A DNA stretch of 64,000 bases, taken from the NCBI GenBank assembly GCA_038496445.1, contig JALMLS010000064.1:186001-250000 (forward strand). Direction: 5' to 3'. Both the position numbers and the translations under genes were made by a program. The stretch is from Trichosphaerium sp. ATCC 40318. Taxonomy: Eukaryota > Protista > Tubulinea. The notes below the pieces were generated by a model. The model saw only the letters and a list, made by a program, of their open reading frames with translations, did no database searches and had not been told where the DNA came from. Of this stretch, positions 15,201 through 28,818 are shown piece by piece. Within the stretch, counting starts at the first letter, position 1, and each line of letters starts with the position of its first letter.

Positions 15201-18200
15201 CTAAAAAACTGACTAACCTTCTCAAAATGGCGTATAATCTAGCTCCTGTAAGAGTCATGTAAGTGATATCGTCATAAGGTTACCTTCTGACCAGTTAAAA
15301 GGAATTTGGCACAGTGGACAACCAGAGAAGAAGTTAAGATACTCCAGGCCAGACTGGAAGCAACACTTCAACAAGGAACGATAGCAGAGTCTCAAAGACG
15401 AGAGAAATCGAAAGAGTATACAAAAGAAGGGTGGTTACAGAAGCAAGGGAAGCTGTTTAAGCAGTGGAAACAACATTGGTTCACAATCTCGGACGGTAAC
15501 AGTACGTCAATAGCTCTCACTGTTCCCACGTATGTAATTACTAACGCTTTGGAATAGTGCAATATTACAAGTCTAAGAACAACAGACAAAAAGCTGAAGG
15601 ATTCATTGCTTTAAGCAATGTTGTTCGTGTTGAGGAAATTGAACAAAAAGCCAAGAAAGGAGAAGAACGTAAAGAGTATATGTTTTCTCTAGCCACAAGT
15701 GATAGAACTATCCTTTTTCAGTGTGGTGTAGAAGCACAAAAGAATGATTGGCTTGCTGTCATACAACATCATGTTCTAAACAAGCCTTTTGCTAAGGTGT
15801 CCAAAAACTCTCTTGCAGCTCGATTAACAGAGAGTTGTATCACTAACCTGATGGAGACTGTGGATGATCAAATACCTTGTCAGACATATGAATATAGATA
15901 CCCTTACCGGGACACTGTTAAACAAAAGGTTAGGATAATGATAGAAAATGCTGATGGGTTACATGTTTTCTTTGATAAAAACTGTAATACAAGGCTTGGT
16001 AAAAACTTATTGAGGATTTATCGAGACGCTGCTTGTGAGAATCTTATTGCTTCTTTCAGTGGCAAAGGACATTTACAATTCACACCACTTATTATTCCTC
16101 ATGTTCATACTATCTGGGTGACCTTTATTCCTGGGCCTGATGACGGTGAAAGAGACAAAGAATGGGGCATTAGGTACAAGCTTCTAACAAATTCTTTTTT
16201 GTTTTTTATCAAGTTTATATTGAAACTGACCTTGATTGTTTAGGTTGTATGTCACACCTATCAGACAGCGTCACCCTGATGCTATGTTATTCAAGCAATT
16301 TAGTTTCGAGTTTGGTTATGCATTAGTAGACTTTTTACTGTCTATTTCTCCTCTTGATATTGCTCCTTTTTACTGCAAGAGACTTGTTGAGGCATTGTTC
16401 TCTCACTTTACAAAAGAGGATCGTGAGGAGCGTATCAAAACACAAGACAGGAGGATAAAGGCTTCAATTGCTTTATCTAGATTACTAAAGCGATGGCATT
16501 TGTTCCCACCTGATCAACGGCCTAATCTTGAGGAAATTGCTAATGTAGTAAAAGATGAAATGCTTTCGTATGTTGTTTCTTCTTCATAAGTTTTTTCCTA
16601 AACTTAAGACATTAATGTTATTTTAGGCTTCACAACTCTGAGAAGAAGGCAGGTGGATATTCACAACAGTGCCAACATGTTTTCGAGTTGATGATCCATA
16701 TGAGTCGCGTACTAACTGGCCGATACATATCCAATACGTCCGCTGTCAAATGTACGTTCATTTTGTTTTGTTTCTTTGTACGTGAGATTGGTGTTTTACT
16801 TTTTATCAGCTACGGACCAAAAGGCGACAACTCAAAAGAGTGACAAGAAAGGAAGAGAGCATAAAAAACGTGGTAGTAAAGGCGGTTTAGCGCCAGGAGA
16901 GCGACGTGATAGGAAGCGAGGAAGTATTGCTGGCCTTGCCTCCAATCTCGCTACCAATATTGCCACTAACCTCACCACTACTGATCGCAATAAAGAACAC
17001 AAGAAGAACTCCAGCCTTGATAGTGATGGCGTTCACTCTGAATCTGATTCTGCAGCAAAAAGCGATGAATCTGCAAAAACACCAAAGTCCAAGAAGCGTG
17101 TTGAGAACGCCAATGGTAAGAAAAAAGCAGAGGAGCAGCAGAAAAAGAAGCAGCTATCTGAAAAGAAGAGGAGAGACCGAAAGAGACGCAAAAAGAGAGT
17201 TAAAAAGCCTATGGATGACACGTGGTTCAAAGAGTCTTGGAATACCATACAGGCTATGGAGCGTTTGTCTTATGGTGAGGATTTCCCTTTGGATTACATT
17301 AAGAAGGCTATCATACATCACTCTGTGGAGCATCACGAAAGTCCTCATCCGTACGTTATGGTGTTCTTATTCAAATCATTCTTCTTTGAATCTTGTTTCT
17401 TTTTATGTTTTTCTTGTGATTTGTTGACATTAGCTTTTAGTTATCCTAGACCTGTCAAGGTATGCGCAAAAGTTCAGATTAAGAACGCTAGAAGCCTTGT
17501 TATTACATTTGATCAAAGGTGTAAGACAGAGCCGTCTGTGGATTACATGATGTTTTCAAAGAAGGGTGAAGGACAGCATGAGCTTGCATACTTCTCTGGT
17601 TCATTTCCAACGGAGGATTTCATTATTCAAGGCGATTACTTTTACTGGTCGTTCATTGCTGGTCCAACTGAAGGTCCTCAACATTGGGGATTCAGGTACG
17701 ATAGTATCAAGCTTTATTTATTGTATTAACACGCTACAGGTTCTCTGTGAAGCCTGTATGGGCAACCGATGAGCCGCAAATCTCAGCCAAAGAAGTGCTA
17801 GCACATATTGGCGTAGAGCACCAGAAGCTTGAATGGACCATATCTCATTATGTACAACTCGTACAGGTACACATAAAAGAGGATTTTTATCATGTTCTGT
17901 TGTGGCTAATAATTCGTTTTGCAGCTCATAAACGAGAGGTGTCAACAAACTGAAATGGCAAGCCATAAGATTGAGATTGTGAATGCATTACAATTAGACA
18001 CATCCAAGTATCCACCACTGTTACTAGGCACAACAAAACGCGCAGTTCAAGGACGTCATATTATATTGAAGTATTTCAACATGAAGCTGAGTGAGGGTAT
18101 GCAAAATCTTTTGTTCTTCTTGCTTGATTTGTAATTTATTCCATTGTAGTCTTGCCATTGATCGACATGTCTATCATGTGGAGTGATGGAAGCATAGCGC

Positions 18201-19754
18201 GTTTGGTCAGTATCCTTAGAGGACTTGTGTTCTATGATGTAAAGATCAACATTCTTGGACAAGCCTTGAAAGCAACTGAGAGCGGTCAAAGGCGACCAAT
18301 GCTCAACCTTGACAGACAAAAGAATCAAGGTAAAAAAATTCAACAACAAACGTTTTAACTTTTTGGCGGTCACTAAATTACTTTCCGATAGACCTACTGT
18401 TCTTACAAGCGTGGAAACACTTGCAATTCATCGATCAAGCGCGATTACGTCAAAAAGATCGTGCTTGGGAGGTTGTATTTAATAATGAAGATGCAAGTGA
18501 TGCTGGCGGTTTGTATCGAGATTCAATCACTTCTTTTTGTCAAGATATACACGATGTTGCATTGGGTCTTTTGATACCTTGTCCCAACGCTAAAGAGCAG
18601 CTAGGGTTCAATCAGGATAAATTTCTGCCGAATCCAGGTACGTTGCTTTGATATACACTATTTCTATGAGCTGACCATGTATCCTCAAGCCGCTGATGAT
18701 CCTGATGCCATATCTCAGTTTGAATTTATTGGAAAGCTCATTGGTATTGCCATACGCACAAAACAAACGCTTGACCTCGCCTTCCCATCACTCATCTGGA
18801 AGTTGTTAACTGATTCTAAACCTGATATGTACGGCTTTCTTATTTATTCTTCTCGAAGTTATTACTAACAGTTTTAACAGCACGGACCTCGAGGCGATTG
18901 ATAAGTGCTTGTTTAGATACATAGAGACTTACACGAATCCTGAGCTTCTTGGATTCTCCAGAGAGAACTTTGAAGAGTTTGTACCAACTATGTTCTCTGT
19001 TCAAAGAACAGGCATGGATGAATTTGTTGCACTTAAACCAAACGGTCTGAAAGAGCGTGTGACGTACGTACCAAAAGAAGAAAGGAAAAAAAGTAACCTC
19101 ACATCTTATTGTAGATGGGAGAACAGGCTCGAGTACCTTGCTTTGCTAGAAGAGTATCGACTACAAGAGTTCAATGTTCAAGTTCAAGCTTTGAAGCGTG
19201 GTATTGATGCTATCATACCTACAGAACTACTCGCATTGTTCACATGGAAGGCAAGCCAATAACACAACTTTACATCTTTTTTTCTAATTTTTTGATGTCA
19301 GGAACTCGAACTGCGTGTTTGCGGTCAACCAGTATTAGATCTTCAGTTGCTCAAGAAAAACACAGTTTACCTGTATGGTGTTGATAAAGCACCACATATT
19401 GCTTACTTCTGGGAAGTCCTGGAAGAGTTTACACCCGAACAACAAAGCATGTTCTTGAGGTTCGTCTGGGGACGTTCCAGGCTACCTACTGCTTTCGAAT
19501 TTGATACAAAGTTCCAATTATTACCTTGGACAGGTCCTCTAGAGAATACAAATGTACATAATAGCTCTGGTGGCCTTGATTACGATCAGTATTTGCCTCT
19601 TGCGAGAACTTGCTTTTTCAGCCTTTCTTTGCCTAATTACAGCAGCAAATTCATTCTTAGAGAAAAACTGCTCTATGCAATTACCACGTGCAAGGAGTTC
19701 AATGATGACGTCGAAGATTTTGTAGATAGCATGAGCATCAGCGGAGCAGGCTAA
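6255..19754 (+). CDS. Giant HECT E3 ubiquitin ligase (HECTD4/ZZEF1-like modules, SPRY, MIB/HERC2-like, PH, C-terminal HECT)
   Basis: HECT: DAGGLYRDS...FEFIGKLIGIAIR...FLRFVWGRSRLP...LPLARTCFFSLSLPNYSS (catalytic Cys). SPRY about 12930-13580 (FYFEVKI...GDVIGCFWD...FYPMIG). PH about 15420-15780 (KEGWLQKQGKLFKQWK...KNDWLAVI). Repeated (E/C)SxHPY..WG(Y/F)R beta-sandwich modules. Continuous run of short GT-AG introns. Begins MGNS. Confidence 0.9.
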
Positions 19755-19996
19755 AAAAAATTTCAAGCTTTAAAAACGGACGCAACAAACATAAAAAGCC
19801 TGTCTCCTTGAGCTCCTTATCCTGGATTTTTCCAAAAAAAGTGTATTATTGTATAAAATTATTGTAGAAGTATTACGTAAACATTTGCCTAATAAATAAA
19901 ATTAATGACAAAACAGCAAATAAAGTAGTTTGATGAGATGTAAGAAAAGTTAACAAACAGGATGGACTTTGTTGTAACATTTGATTTATTGTAAGA

Positions 19997-22114
19997 CTAT
20001 TGAGCACAAGGATACTCACAGAATCGCTGGTATGTCTTATACTCTCCGTCTTTAGGCGAAGTGATTATGCTGTAAACAGTTTGAAGATTCAAAGTAGGTT
20101 TCAGAGACAAAACAGCCTTTTTTTCGAAGAGAAGAAAAAGTTAGTAAAATCATGAGCAAAATACCAGCGACAAAAAAAAAACTACCTTGTAAAGGAAATC
20201 AAGTGTCATATCGTCACGACCCATAGCCTTCATATGGATCATACCTGGATCTCTTCTATCATCCCACCAAGGAGCAGGCTCCCAATTATCGTACTAGTAC
20301 AAACATAAGACAAAGAGTGTTTTACAGGCACGTGGAGGAATACATAAAAAAAAAGAGACGCTTACATTTGTTTGCAACAAAAACCAAGTTGTTGGAGCAT
20401 CAAGGCGCATAATATTGGTTGCATTCTTTCTATTACGTGATATAACAGCACCCTCACCTGCAGCAGTACCTGCTACAGTATAGTATACATTTGAGACGAT
20501 AGGGTCGTTAGATAAGCTCTTAACAGCTGAATCAAAGTCCGTTTCGTTGTTCATAACATCTCTGCTCAAGAAAGACACCAGCGATGCGTTTTTTGTCTAA
20601 GGCAGAGGTTAACAATGAACAACTGGATTGTGAAGAAAAACCCCAAAATCCACTTACCTGAAGAGCGAATAAAACATCACGGAACGCATCTGTGATGTTA
20701 TGGTTGAACCTGGTGTTAATAGTGATTGAAAATCCATTTGGCTTCATGCCTTAAAAATCAAGTCAAAAAAAAGGAATATGTTTGAACTCAAAAAGTAAGT
20801 GACACATACCGCTTAGGACTCCAGAATATCCTGCAAAGCTAGTAGTATAATAAACTACTTTACCACCACGTTGGAATTCTCCTTCATATGTCACAGAACG
20901 CCTAAACGAAAATACAAGTAAATAACAGCAAAGTACACCACATCACGATGACAGTTTATGACGTCGTACAATATTTCAGTGAAACTCATCCCAAGAGGGA
21001 AATCCATGTTTCTAGCATGTAGAATTTTTCCGTCACGTGTTTGACCAACAATCGAAGTACATGCAGCGCTTTGAAACAAGAAAATATAAGCCAACAAAAG
21101 CAATAATAAATAATAAAAAAATGTACCCAACTTCATATCCAACATTAATGATACTTAGAAGTCCATATGGGATATCTGCCACAGCTGCACATCCTTTAAT
21201 TTCTTGAGCGTACTCTGAAGGGAAATAGAGGTTATTAAGTCCCTAATTAATCAATTAAAAATCATGTCAACTGGTTATTCGCAAAAGCAAGTCCACGCCT
21301 CTCCAAGGTAATTTACAATTTTTGCAACTTCTTTTCCAAGAATGTTTTCAATAGAGTGTGCCAGGTATTGCATGTTTTCTTTTATGGTTGCATCCCCACA
21401 AACCTCTGCATCTAATCAAACAACCAATTATAAGTTTTTAATACTACACAAGAGGTATGCACGTACATCTCTTCTCAGGAGCGAGATCCAAATCAATGAC
21501 GAACATTGGTACATCCTCTATTGATCACGTGAATAAAACTTGACAAGATGTAGGCCTACCTGTTGTATTCTTTGGCTTTGGGAGCTCTCCAGCGCTACAA
21601 GCCTTCAATTCAATACAAACGCTGTACACTGAATGTTGACTTTCCAAGAGATCCAACTAACCAACTTTTTGTTATTTCTTTGCTGATTTTCGGGCTTTTT
21701 TTTTTTTTTGCGTACAACTGTTCCTAGTTCTCGAGCTAGGAGGTAACAGGAATAGTATTTAAGACCATGTAGAGTAGAACAAACGTCTTTTTCGAAAAGC
21801 TTCTTGAGTTCTGCAATTGTTCGGCCCTCTACGAGCAAAGCTTCCAGTTCGTTAACTGCCACACCGCATAGAGCGCCTGTTAAAAGGGTTAACGCTCATT
21901 AGACGTTTTTCTGAAACAAAAATTACGTACATTCTACTGATAAGCTGGGTTTGGGTTTGTTTGGTAGTTTAATTTGATCAGCCAAAGCTAAAAGGCTTCC
22001 AAATCTCTCTACGGCTATTTCTACCTCTTGTTCGCTATAACGGCTGCCAACACCTGGGAATTGAACGCAAAGCACCGAAACGGCGATAACCGCCAGAATA
22101 AGTACAACGCGCAT
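19997..22114 (-). CDS. Secreted/lysosomal acid ceramidase/NAAA-like Ntn hydrolase with N-terminal saposin-B domain
   Basis: Signal peptide MRVVLILAVIAVSVLC. Saposin 6-Cys pattern EC|ALC...VC...SC...VCIELKAC. Nucleophile motif ACTSIVGQTRDGKILHARNMDF. GEGAVISR and FLLQTN|YDNW motifs. Confidence 0.88.
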
Positions 22115-22338
22115 CGTGGGAACAAGTTGTTTGACTTTTCAGATTGTTGCTTAACCCAATCTTTCCAATTAGGCGTTATTTGGCTATAAATGGGTTAAAC
22201 CATTATTTCTACAGGTACATATACCCGTCCAAGGCTAGGGCAGCCGCCAATGTCCAGTCAAATTCGGTAATTACATTTTTTGAACCGGTTCAAAAAAGCA
22301 CGTGTGGATCTGGACTCTAGGGTTTTGAATATCGGAAC

Positions 22339-23528
22339 ATGGGTCACACAGATGGCGTTGAAGTGTTTGCTGATGTACTTGGATGGGGATACTTTGTTTG
22401 TTGGTCTATTACATTCTACCCACAAGCCTGGGTTCTCTATTCGCGAAAAAGGTACAAAGCAACGAAAAAAACAACTTGCCAAACAAAGAAAACATTTTGA
22501 CATTTCATTTTACCTTTTTTGATCGTTTGTTAGCGCCATAGGGTTTAGTTTTGATTTCCTTACGTTTAACCTACAAGGTAAGCCCTTAATTGTAGTGAAA
22601 AGCGCAATTTAAGCGGTTTTTAACAGCCACACCTCAGGTTATGCAGCGTATAGTGTGTTTAACCTTGTACTTTATTTATCTCCCGTTATTCAGCGTCAAT
22701 ATATGAAAGACCAACACTCAGATCATATACCAGTACAAGTACGTATTCGCACTTTAAATCACGTGATTTGTAAAAAAAAGAAAGGTGGGATACTAATCTG
22801 GGTTTGTTTTTCTTTTGCGAAAGATAAACGATATAGTTTTTGCTTTACAAGGCTTGGTTATGAATCTAGTCTATCTTGGATTTGTTATTGCATATGAGAA
22901 AGGTGATCAACGTGTATCAGAGTCTACGTGGTGGATATCGTTAGCAATGTGGTTCAGTGTGGTTGTCGTAAGTACGTCAAAAAAATTAAGTTGTTTTTTA
23001 ACAGGTAAAGTTGTTGTTTGTGCGGGATGGATTATTGATTGGGTATGGGCAGTGCAAGCACTGGGATATGTTAAGATGGTTGTCACATTTGTAAAGTATG
23101 CACCACAGGTAGTAATAGGAATATATCATATGTTGTTTTAGTAACAATTTTAAAGGCGTATTTGAACTACAAAAGAAAATCGACAACTGGATGGTCAATT
23201 CTTGCTATTCTTTTCGACTTTGGTGGTGGCACTCTATCTTTTCTACAAATGTTCACTTTGGCATTTCACAAGAGTACTATTGTTTTAGATACTGTTTTCT
23301 TACACTGAGTTTTTAGATGATTGGTCAGCATTCAAAGGAGGAAATATTGGCAAACTTGGATTGGCTTTGATTAGTATTTTTTTTGATATTATCTTCATGA
23401 TACAACACTACATTTTATACCGTAAACCAAAGCCTAAACCTGTACTATTTACTGTCACTGATGTCAGTAAAAATGTATCAACGAACGGCCTTCTGTCTAC
23501 TCAAAAAACAGAAGAAGGAAGGGTGTAA
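22339..23528 (+). CDS. CTNS: Cystinosin-like PQ-loop lysosomal transporter
   Basis: LGWGYFVCWSITFYPQAWVLYSRKS(A)IGFSFDF; second loop VKYAPQAYLNYKRKSTTGWSI; C-terminal KLGLALISIFFDIIFMIQHYILY. Confidence 0.9.
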
Positions 23529-23596
23529 TTTTAATGATATAAAAAATTAATTGCAAAATAAAGTCAACTTGGTTGAAGTAAACAATCTTGGGTTTA

Positions 23597-24876
23597 TTAA
23601 ATAGCCATGTCTATTTTACTTATGATATTGTCATTATGTGTAAAGTACAGTGCATTGTTATGATACTTCATACCATAAATATCCTCCAATTCGAGTTTTG
23701 ATGATATCTTTATTTCAAAAAGCTGTTCATTTTCGACAAATAAACGAAAGAGTTCACCTCTGCTTGTACCAAAAAATAAGCTTCCTACAACACAAAGTTA
23801 CCTTCACGTGCACTTTGAAAAAAAAGTAGAATATCACGTGATAATTCACGGTTTGTTAAGCACCTTGAACATAGCTTAAAAGGCTTATGTATGATAGTTT
23901 AAATTGATATTTATATACCTCTTTTGTTTTTGCTCTAACGATATAAACGTTGTCATTGTTTGATAAGTATATATTCCCATAACAATCAACTTCAATGCCA
24001 TAAGGATGTTCACATCCATCAATCTTTTCCTCACAGTCTTGTGGTGTATTTGTTTTTGAAAGACTGGGTATAGCATGTATTTCATTTGATGTATCAGTGC
24101 AATACAAGATATGACCTTCAGGAGAGATAGCAACACTTCTAGGCCAACCATTTATATCTTTTTGGAGCAACTTCAATTCTCCTGTTTTAATATCAATGTA
24201 TTTAATACTCTAATGTGTAATCAATAAGCACACCAACTCATCAAGAAATGGAGAATCAAAAGATTTACTGAAAAACAAAGAAAAAAAAAATCACGTGCAT
24301 TATTTGCTCCATCAGCTATGATGATGTTGCCGGTACTGTCAATAGCGACATCATGTGGATAATCTAAGTTCTTTTCTGATGTAAATTCGAATGTATTGAC
24401 AAGACCAGTGTTGATACATAACTTTCTTATTTGATGGTTTGAGTTGTCTGTGATGATTAACTGAAGGGAAAAAAAAAAAAAAGTCAGATGATAGATTTAT
24501 CATATCAAAACAGCCTTTTTGTGCTTTACATACATTGCCTTGATGATCAAAATCTAACCCACGGGCACTATTAAACCGAGCGACGTCAACAGTTCCTTTT
24601 TAGAATAAATTTGTTTAAAGGGCGTTTTTATGAGCTGTACCATCTTCCTTTCCGCTGTTTAAGTCACCTGCTACTCTTTTGATTGTATAAACTGTCGTTA
24701 AACTCTAAAATCCATTAAACGCCGCTATATTAATCCTTAAACGATACTTTGTATAGTCTAGTCGATTTAGCGACAGATTCAAATAAACTACTTGTCAGTA
24801 AAGCAGAAAACAGAGCTGAAGGTGTAGAAATATAGTTTAAGATTTCTAACACCAATTCCACAGGAAGGTAATCCAT
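23597..24876 (-). CDS. F-box + NHL-repeat beta-propeller protein
   Basis: N-terminus MDYLPVELVLEILNYI (F-box-like); NHL repeats ARFNSARGLDFDHQG, LDYPHDVAIDSTGNIIIADG, WPRSVAISPEGHILYCTD, HPYGIEVDCYGNIY. Confidence 0.75.
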
Positions 24877-25157
24877 TTGAGTGAACTGTGCTTGACTGAG
24901 CGCGAAAATACTTTGACGATTTTTTTTTACTGTACTGGTTCATGAAAACACCATCACGTGACTTCCAAAAAAAAAACCCATGTGTAGATATGGATCATGT
25001 GATTCTACATAAAACATATCTTTCTACAAGAGTATGAAGCGAAAAGCAAGTCGTAGTGTACAATAATGAATGCTGTTTGAAGCAGTTTATTTTATGTTTT
25101 AAAACACAACTTGCTCTCTTTTCTTTTCTTTTTTCTTCTCTTCACATCGAAGACATT

Positions 25158-28100
25158 TTACTTCTTTGGCTTGTATCGTAGCTTCAAACCAATGTAGGCT
25201 ACAATTCGGAAAAACACAGCAAACCCAAAGAGCACAATTATATTACCCCAAATGTTATCAATGGCTAGGTCTTCTCTGTCAAGAACACGTTGGCCATCGA
25301 TAGGTGGCTCGAATGTGTTAAGCACCAAAGTACCATTCACTGTGGTATTAGTAATAATGGCCGCAGGCTCAAATGGAGAGCTAAAACCGTCTATTTGGTT
25401 AAAGGTAGCACCACGAAATACAGTTACAAGTAAGCCCTAAACGCGAAATCAGAAAAGAACACAAAAATTCAGTTTCTTTTTTTTCCGTTATTCACGTACG
25501 TCATAGGCATATTTCAAATGAGATATGTACTGAGTCCATCTAATCCACGATGGCATGAGCTGCAAGTCAACATAGAATCCGCTTGTCAACATACTAGTCA
25601 AAAAAAGTAAGAAACTGTTCAGAGAAAATTGTCATCCAGAAAAAAAAAGATAGCCACTTACATTGACAACAATGCAACTGATCCGTATACCATAGCATCT
25701 TTGAATACTGGTATCCAGGAGCTAAACATTAATCCGAACCCAGATGAAGCAAAACTGCCAAAGAGAATAACAATAAGGTAGAGAAAGTAAGCTCCAGCAT
25801 CACGTCGAGCATCGGTTAACCTAACAAAAACCAAAATCAGTTTTAAGTTCTCAAGGAAGTCATTCCTTTAAAAATGAAAGCATACCAATAAATTATAGTA
25901 GTAAAGATAACGGGGAATATCATTTCGAAAGGTATATCTGCAAGAACCTTCGCCATGAAAAATGCTGAGAGCCTAAAACAAAAAAAGTCAATCAATGAGT
26001 TTTTTAATCAACGCAGCGCTACAAAGCATAGATAACTAGTTCTGTGGGATTTTTTTGTGTACCTGTATAATCCTTCATTTCTCTCCTTAATGAGTACAGC
26101 TCTTGTTTGACCAAATGTCAAAACTGCTTGAAGGAATGGAAAAAATCCACCGATAAAAATCAAACCAAAAAACATAGATCCAAGTACATCATTTATACGA
26201 TCTTCTTGTTTTGGAATCTGAAACCATAGTAATCCAGCAATAATAGATACCAAGAAAATCTATACAATCAATTAGTATTAGTGGGGTTAAGAGTTTTCTG
26301 TCCACATACTTGAATAAACATCAAAGGTTCAAGAGTTTGACCTTTCTTTTCGATAAACTCTCTTTTAAAAATAACTGAAAATTGATGCCACCATGATGTT
26401 GGATATTTCTTCCTATACGGTTTAAGTTAGTGAACCACCCTGTCGGATATTGATGAATAGAGCTTACTTTGTCAAATCGGTCTTTCGTTTGTTGTAATCC
26501 TTTAATTCTTTTTTGACTCTTTTTGCAATCTTTTTTTTATTTTTCTTTTCATACGCTCTGAAAAAATGTCATTAGAATAATTATACATGGTTTACTAGTA
26601 CGCACTGATAATCTTCTATAAGCATTGACTTGAGCTCTTGACTATCTTCTCCTTGCTGTTGTAGGATCATACCCACTATGGAGAAGTGTTAAAAAAACAT
26701 TTTCAATCGAGATATCATAGCAAAAAAAAAAGAGAGTGCAGCTACGTACTCATAAAATCAGCAGGATTGTAGTACTTATCACAAGGTAATCCCAAGTCAT
26801 TAAAATAATTTAGAGCGTTTGAAGCGGCTCCATGGTAAACCATGTGTCCGTCCATCATCAACTAAAGCACATTATAAGCAAACAAAATAATTTTTCAAAA
26901 CAAACTATCATTGACAAAAAAACGTTTTTTTGTTTGGTAACTCACCACTAATTTGTCAAAGTATTTGTACATCTGGCTTGACGGTTGATGAATTGTTGTA
27001 ACAACTGTCAAACCAGTTTCAGCTAGTCTCTTCAAAGTTTCAAGTAGCTTCTCAGCGGTACCCAAATCCAAACCAGACGTAGGTTCATCCAGAAGCAATA
27101 GGGATGGATTTGCAAGCAAAGCCAATGCTACATTGACACGCTTCTTTTCTCCACCAGAAACTCCTCTTTTTAAAACTCCTCCCAAAATAGTGTCCTACAT
27201 CGAATACGTAAGTCAAAAATTACGTTTCAAGCCATGACAGCAAATCCAGAAAAAAAAAAAAATCCCAAAATATCATGTGAACTTTTTTTGGATATTTTTG
27301 TAACATTATCCACATACCTTTGCTCTGTTTAAGTTGAGTAAGTCCAACAAATCGCGGACTTTATCTTGCTTATCAGCAAGTGTTGCTGAAGCTGGTAGGC
27401 GCAACTCAGCAGTGTACATGAGTGTTTGCCAGACTGTTAGGTTTGCAAGCATAATATCATCCTACAGAGGTGATTAGAAGACAAATCCAACAAAAGACGG
27501 GGTAATGTAGATTTTCCCAAATTATTTTCGGATAAATCACAAAATAGGTTAGTCCGAAGGTTGTCACGATTTTGTTGCAATAAAAAACAATAAAATGTAC
27601 TTAAACGTACTTGTAGAACATAAGAAGTGAGTCTCTTTGTCTTTGATGAAGGTTTAGCATCTTAATAGGCATGTTAGTTTCAAGACATCAAAAAAAAAAA
27701 ATGTGGTAAGTTACCAAACAAAAAAAACGTACTGTTGAGAAGGACTTGGCCTGTGACACCTGTAGCGATACGACCAGATACAATATTTAAAAGAGTTGTC
27801 TTACCACAACCTAAAAGTAAAGAACAGTGTCAACTTTGTTTAAAATAAGGACTGTACTATTACCTGTAGGACCCATAATCGCAACTAATTCTCCAGGTGC
27901 GAAAGTAGCGTTTATATCATGTAAAACATGACGTTTACCAACTTTAGCTCTCCTGCATGTTCTCTTTACCTTTGTTTTAACGTGGTAGTTTATATTATCA
28001 AGCGTACAATACACTAAAACAAATAAATAAGGCTAAGACCTTTTTTGCTTTTTTTCAAGAAAAACAAACACAACACAAGACAAATGTCTTGCATTTAGTA

Positions 28101-28818
28101 GTGAGCGCTTTGTAAATGAAAGCACGTAGATGGGAAATAAGACCTTACCAGGAAAATCTGGGGCACTGTGTTTTGCTATTGTTATATTTACGTCGCTGTT
28201 TAGATTCACATAGCTTCCGTCTGTAGTAAACTGGGAGTATTTAGAAGATAGCCCGCGCCCATTTTTTTTTGTTGAAACAACACCGTCATCTTCGCTATCA
28301 TCGTAATTGGTTGTCTTTTTAACACCTGCATAAGCAGTTACCTGACCTTTGCCTATTTGAGATGTTTTAGGGCAACAACTCGAAATACAGAAAATAAGGG
28401 TCGATTAGAACTGTGGTTATGTACCATCTGTGAGTTGCATCAAATTATAGCTGACGTAAGATTGTTTCCCGAGTTTAATTTTTACATGTGATCTAAAGGC
28501 TGTTACGGTACGTTGTGGCGTGTTTTACGTGCTCTTGGGTATCATAAATAGCTTTTCTAACTCTCTTCTTTAAAGTTGACCGGAACTTAGATTCAGTTGC
28601 TGTTTTGCATTCATCTATGACTACTTAGCGCTACTATAGTAAAAAAGTGGTAGTAGAACGCCATTGGAATTGTACAACGTGCCTGAAAAAGAAATAGCAA
28701 TTTCTCCATCACTCTCGTTGCTTGGGTACGCTATGAAGTCTGGTAGTGAAAAATTCTCCGATTTGTCTAAGCGCTCGCGGTTTAGAGACGAAGTCTCAGT
28801 AGACGCGGAGGAGCTCAT
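25158..28818 (-). CDS. ABCG (White-family) half transporter; 5' exons uncertain
   Basis: Walker A GPTG|CGKTT, signature VSGGEKKR, Walker [19 protein letters not shown] and NPADF motifs, followed by an ABC2 membrane domain. Confidence 0.9.

Noticed and set aside
16906-17427. 173-aa overlapping ORF inside the HECT gene
   Set aside because: Alternative frame of a low-complexity Lys/Ser-rich exon; no independent signals.
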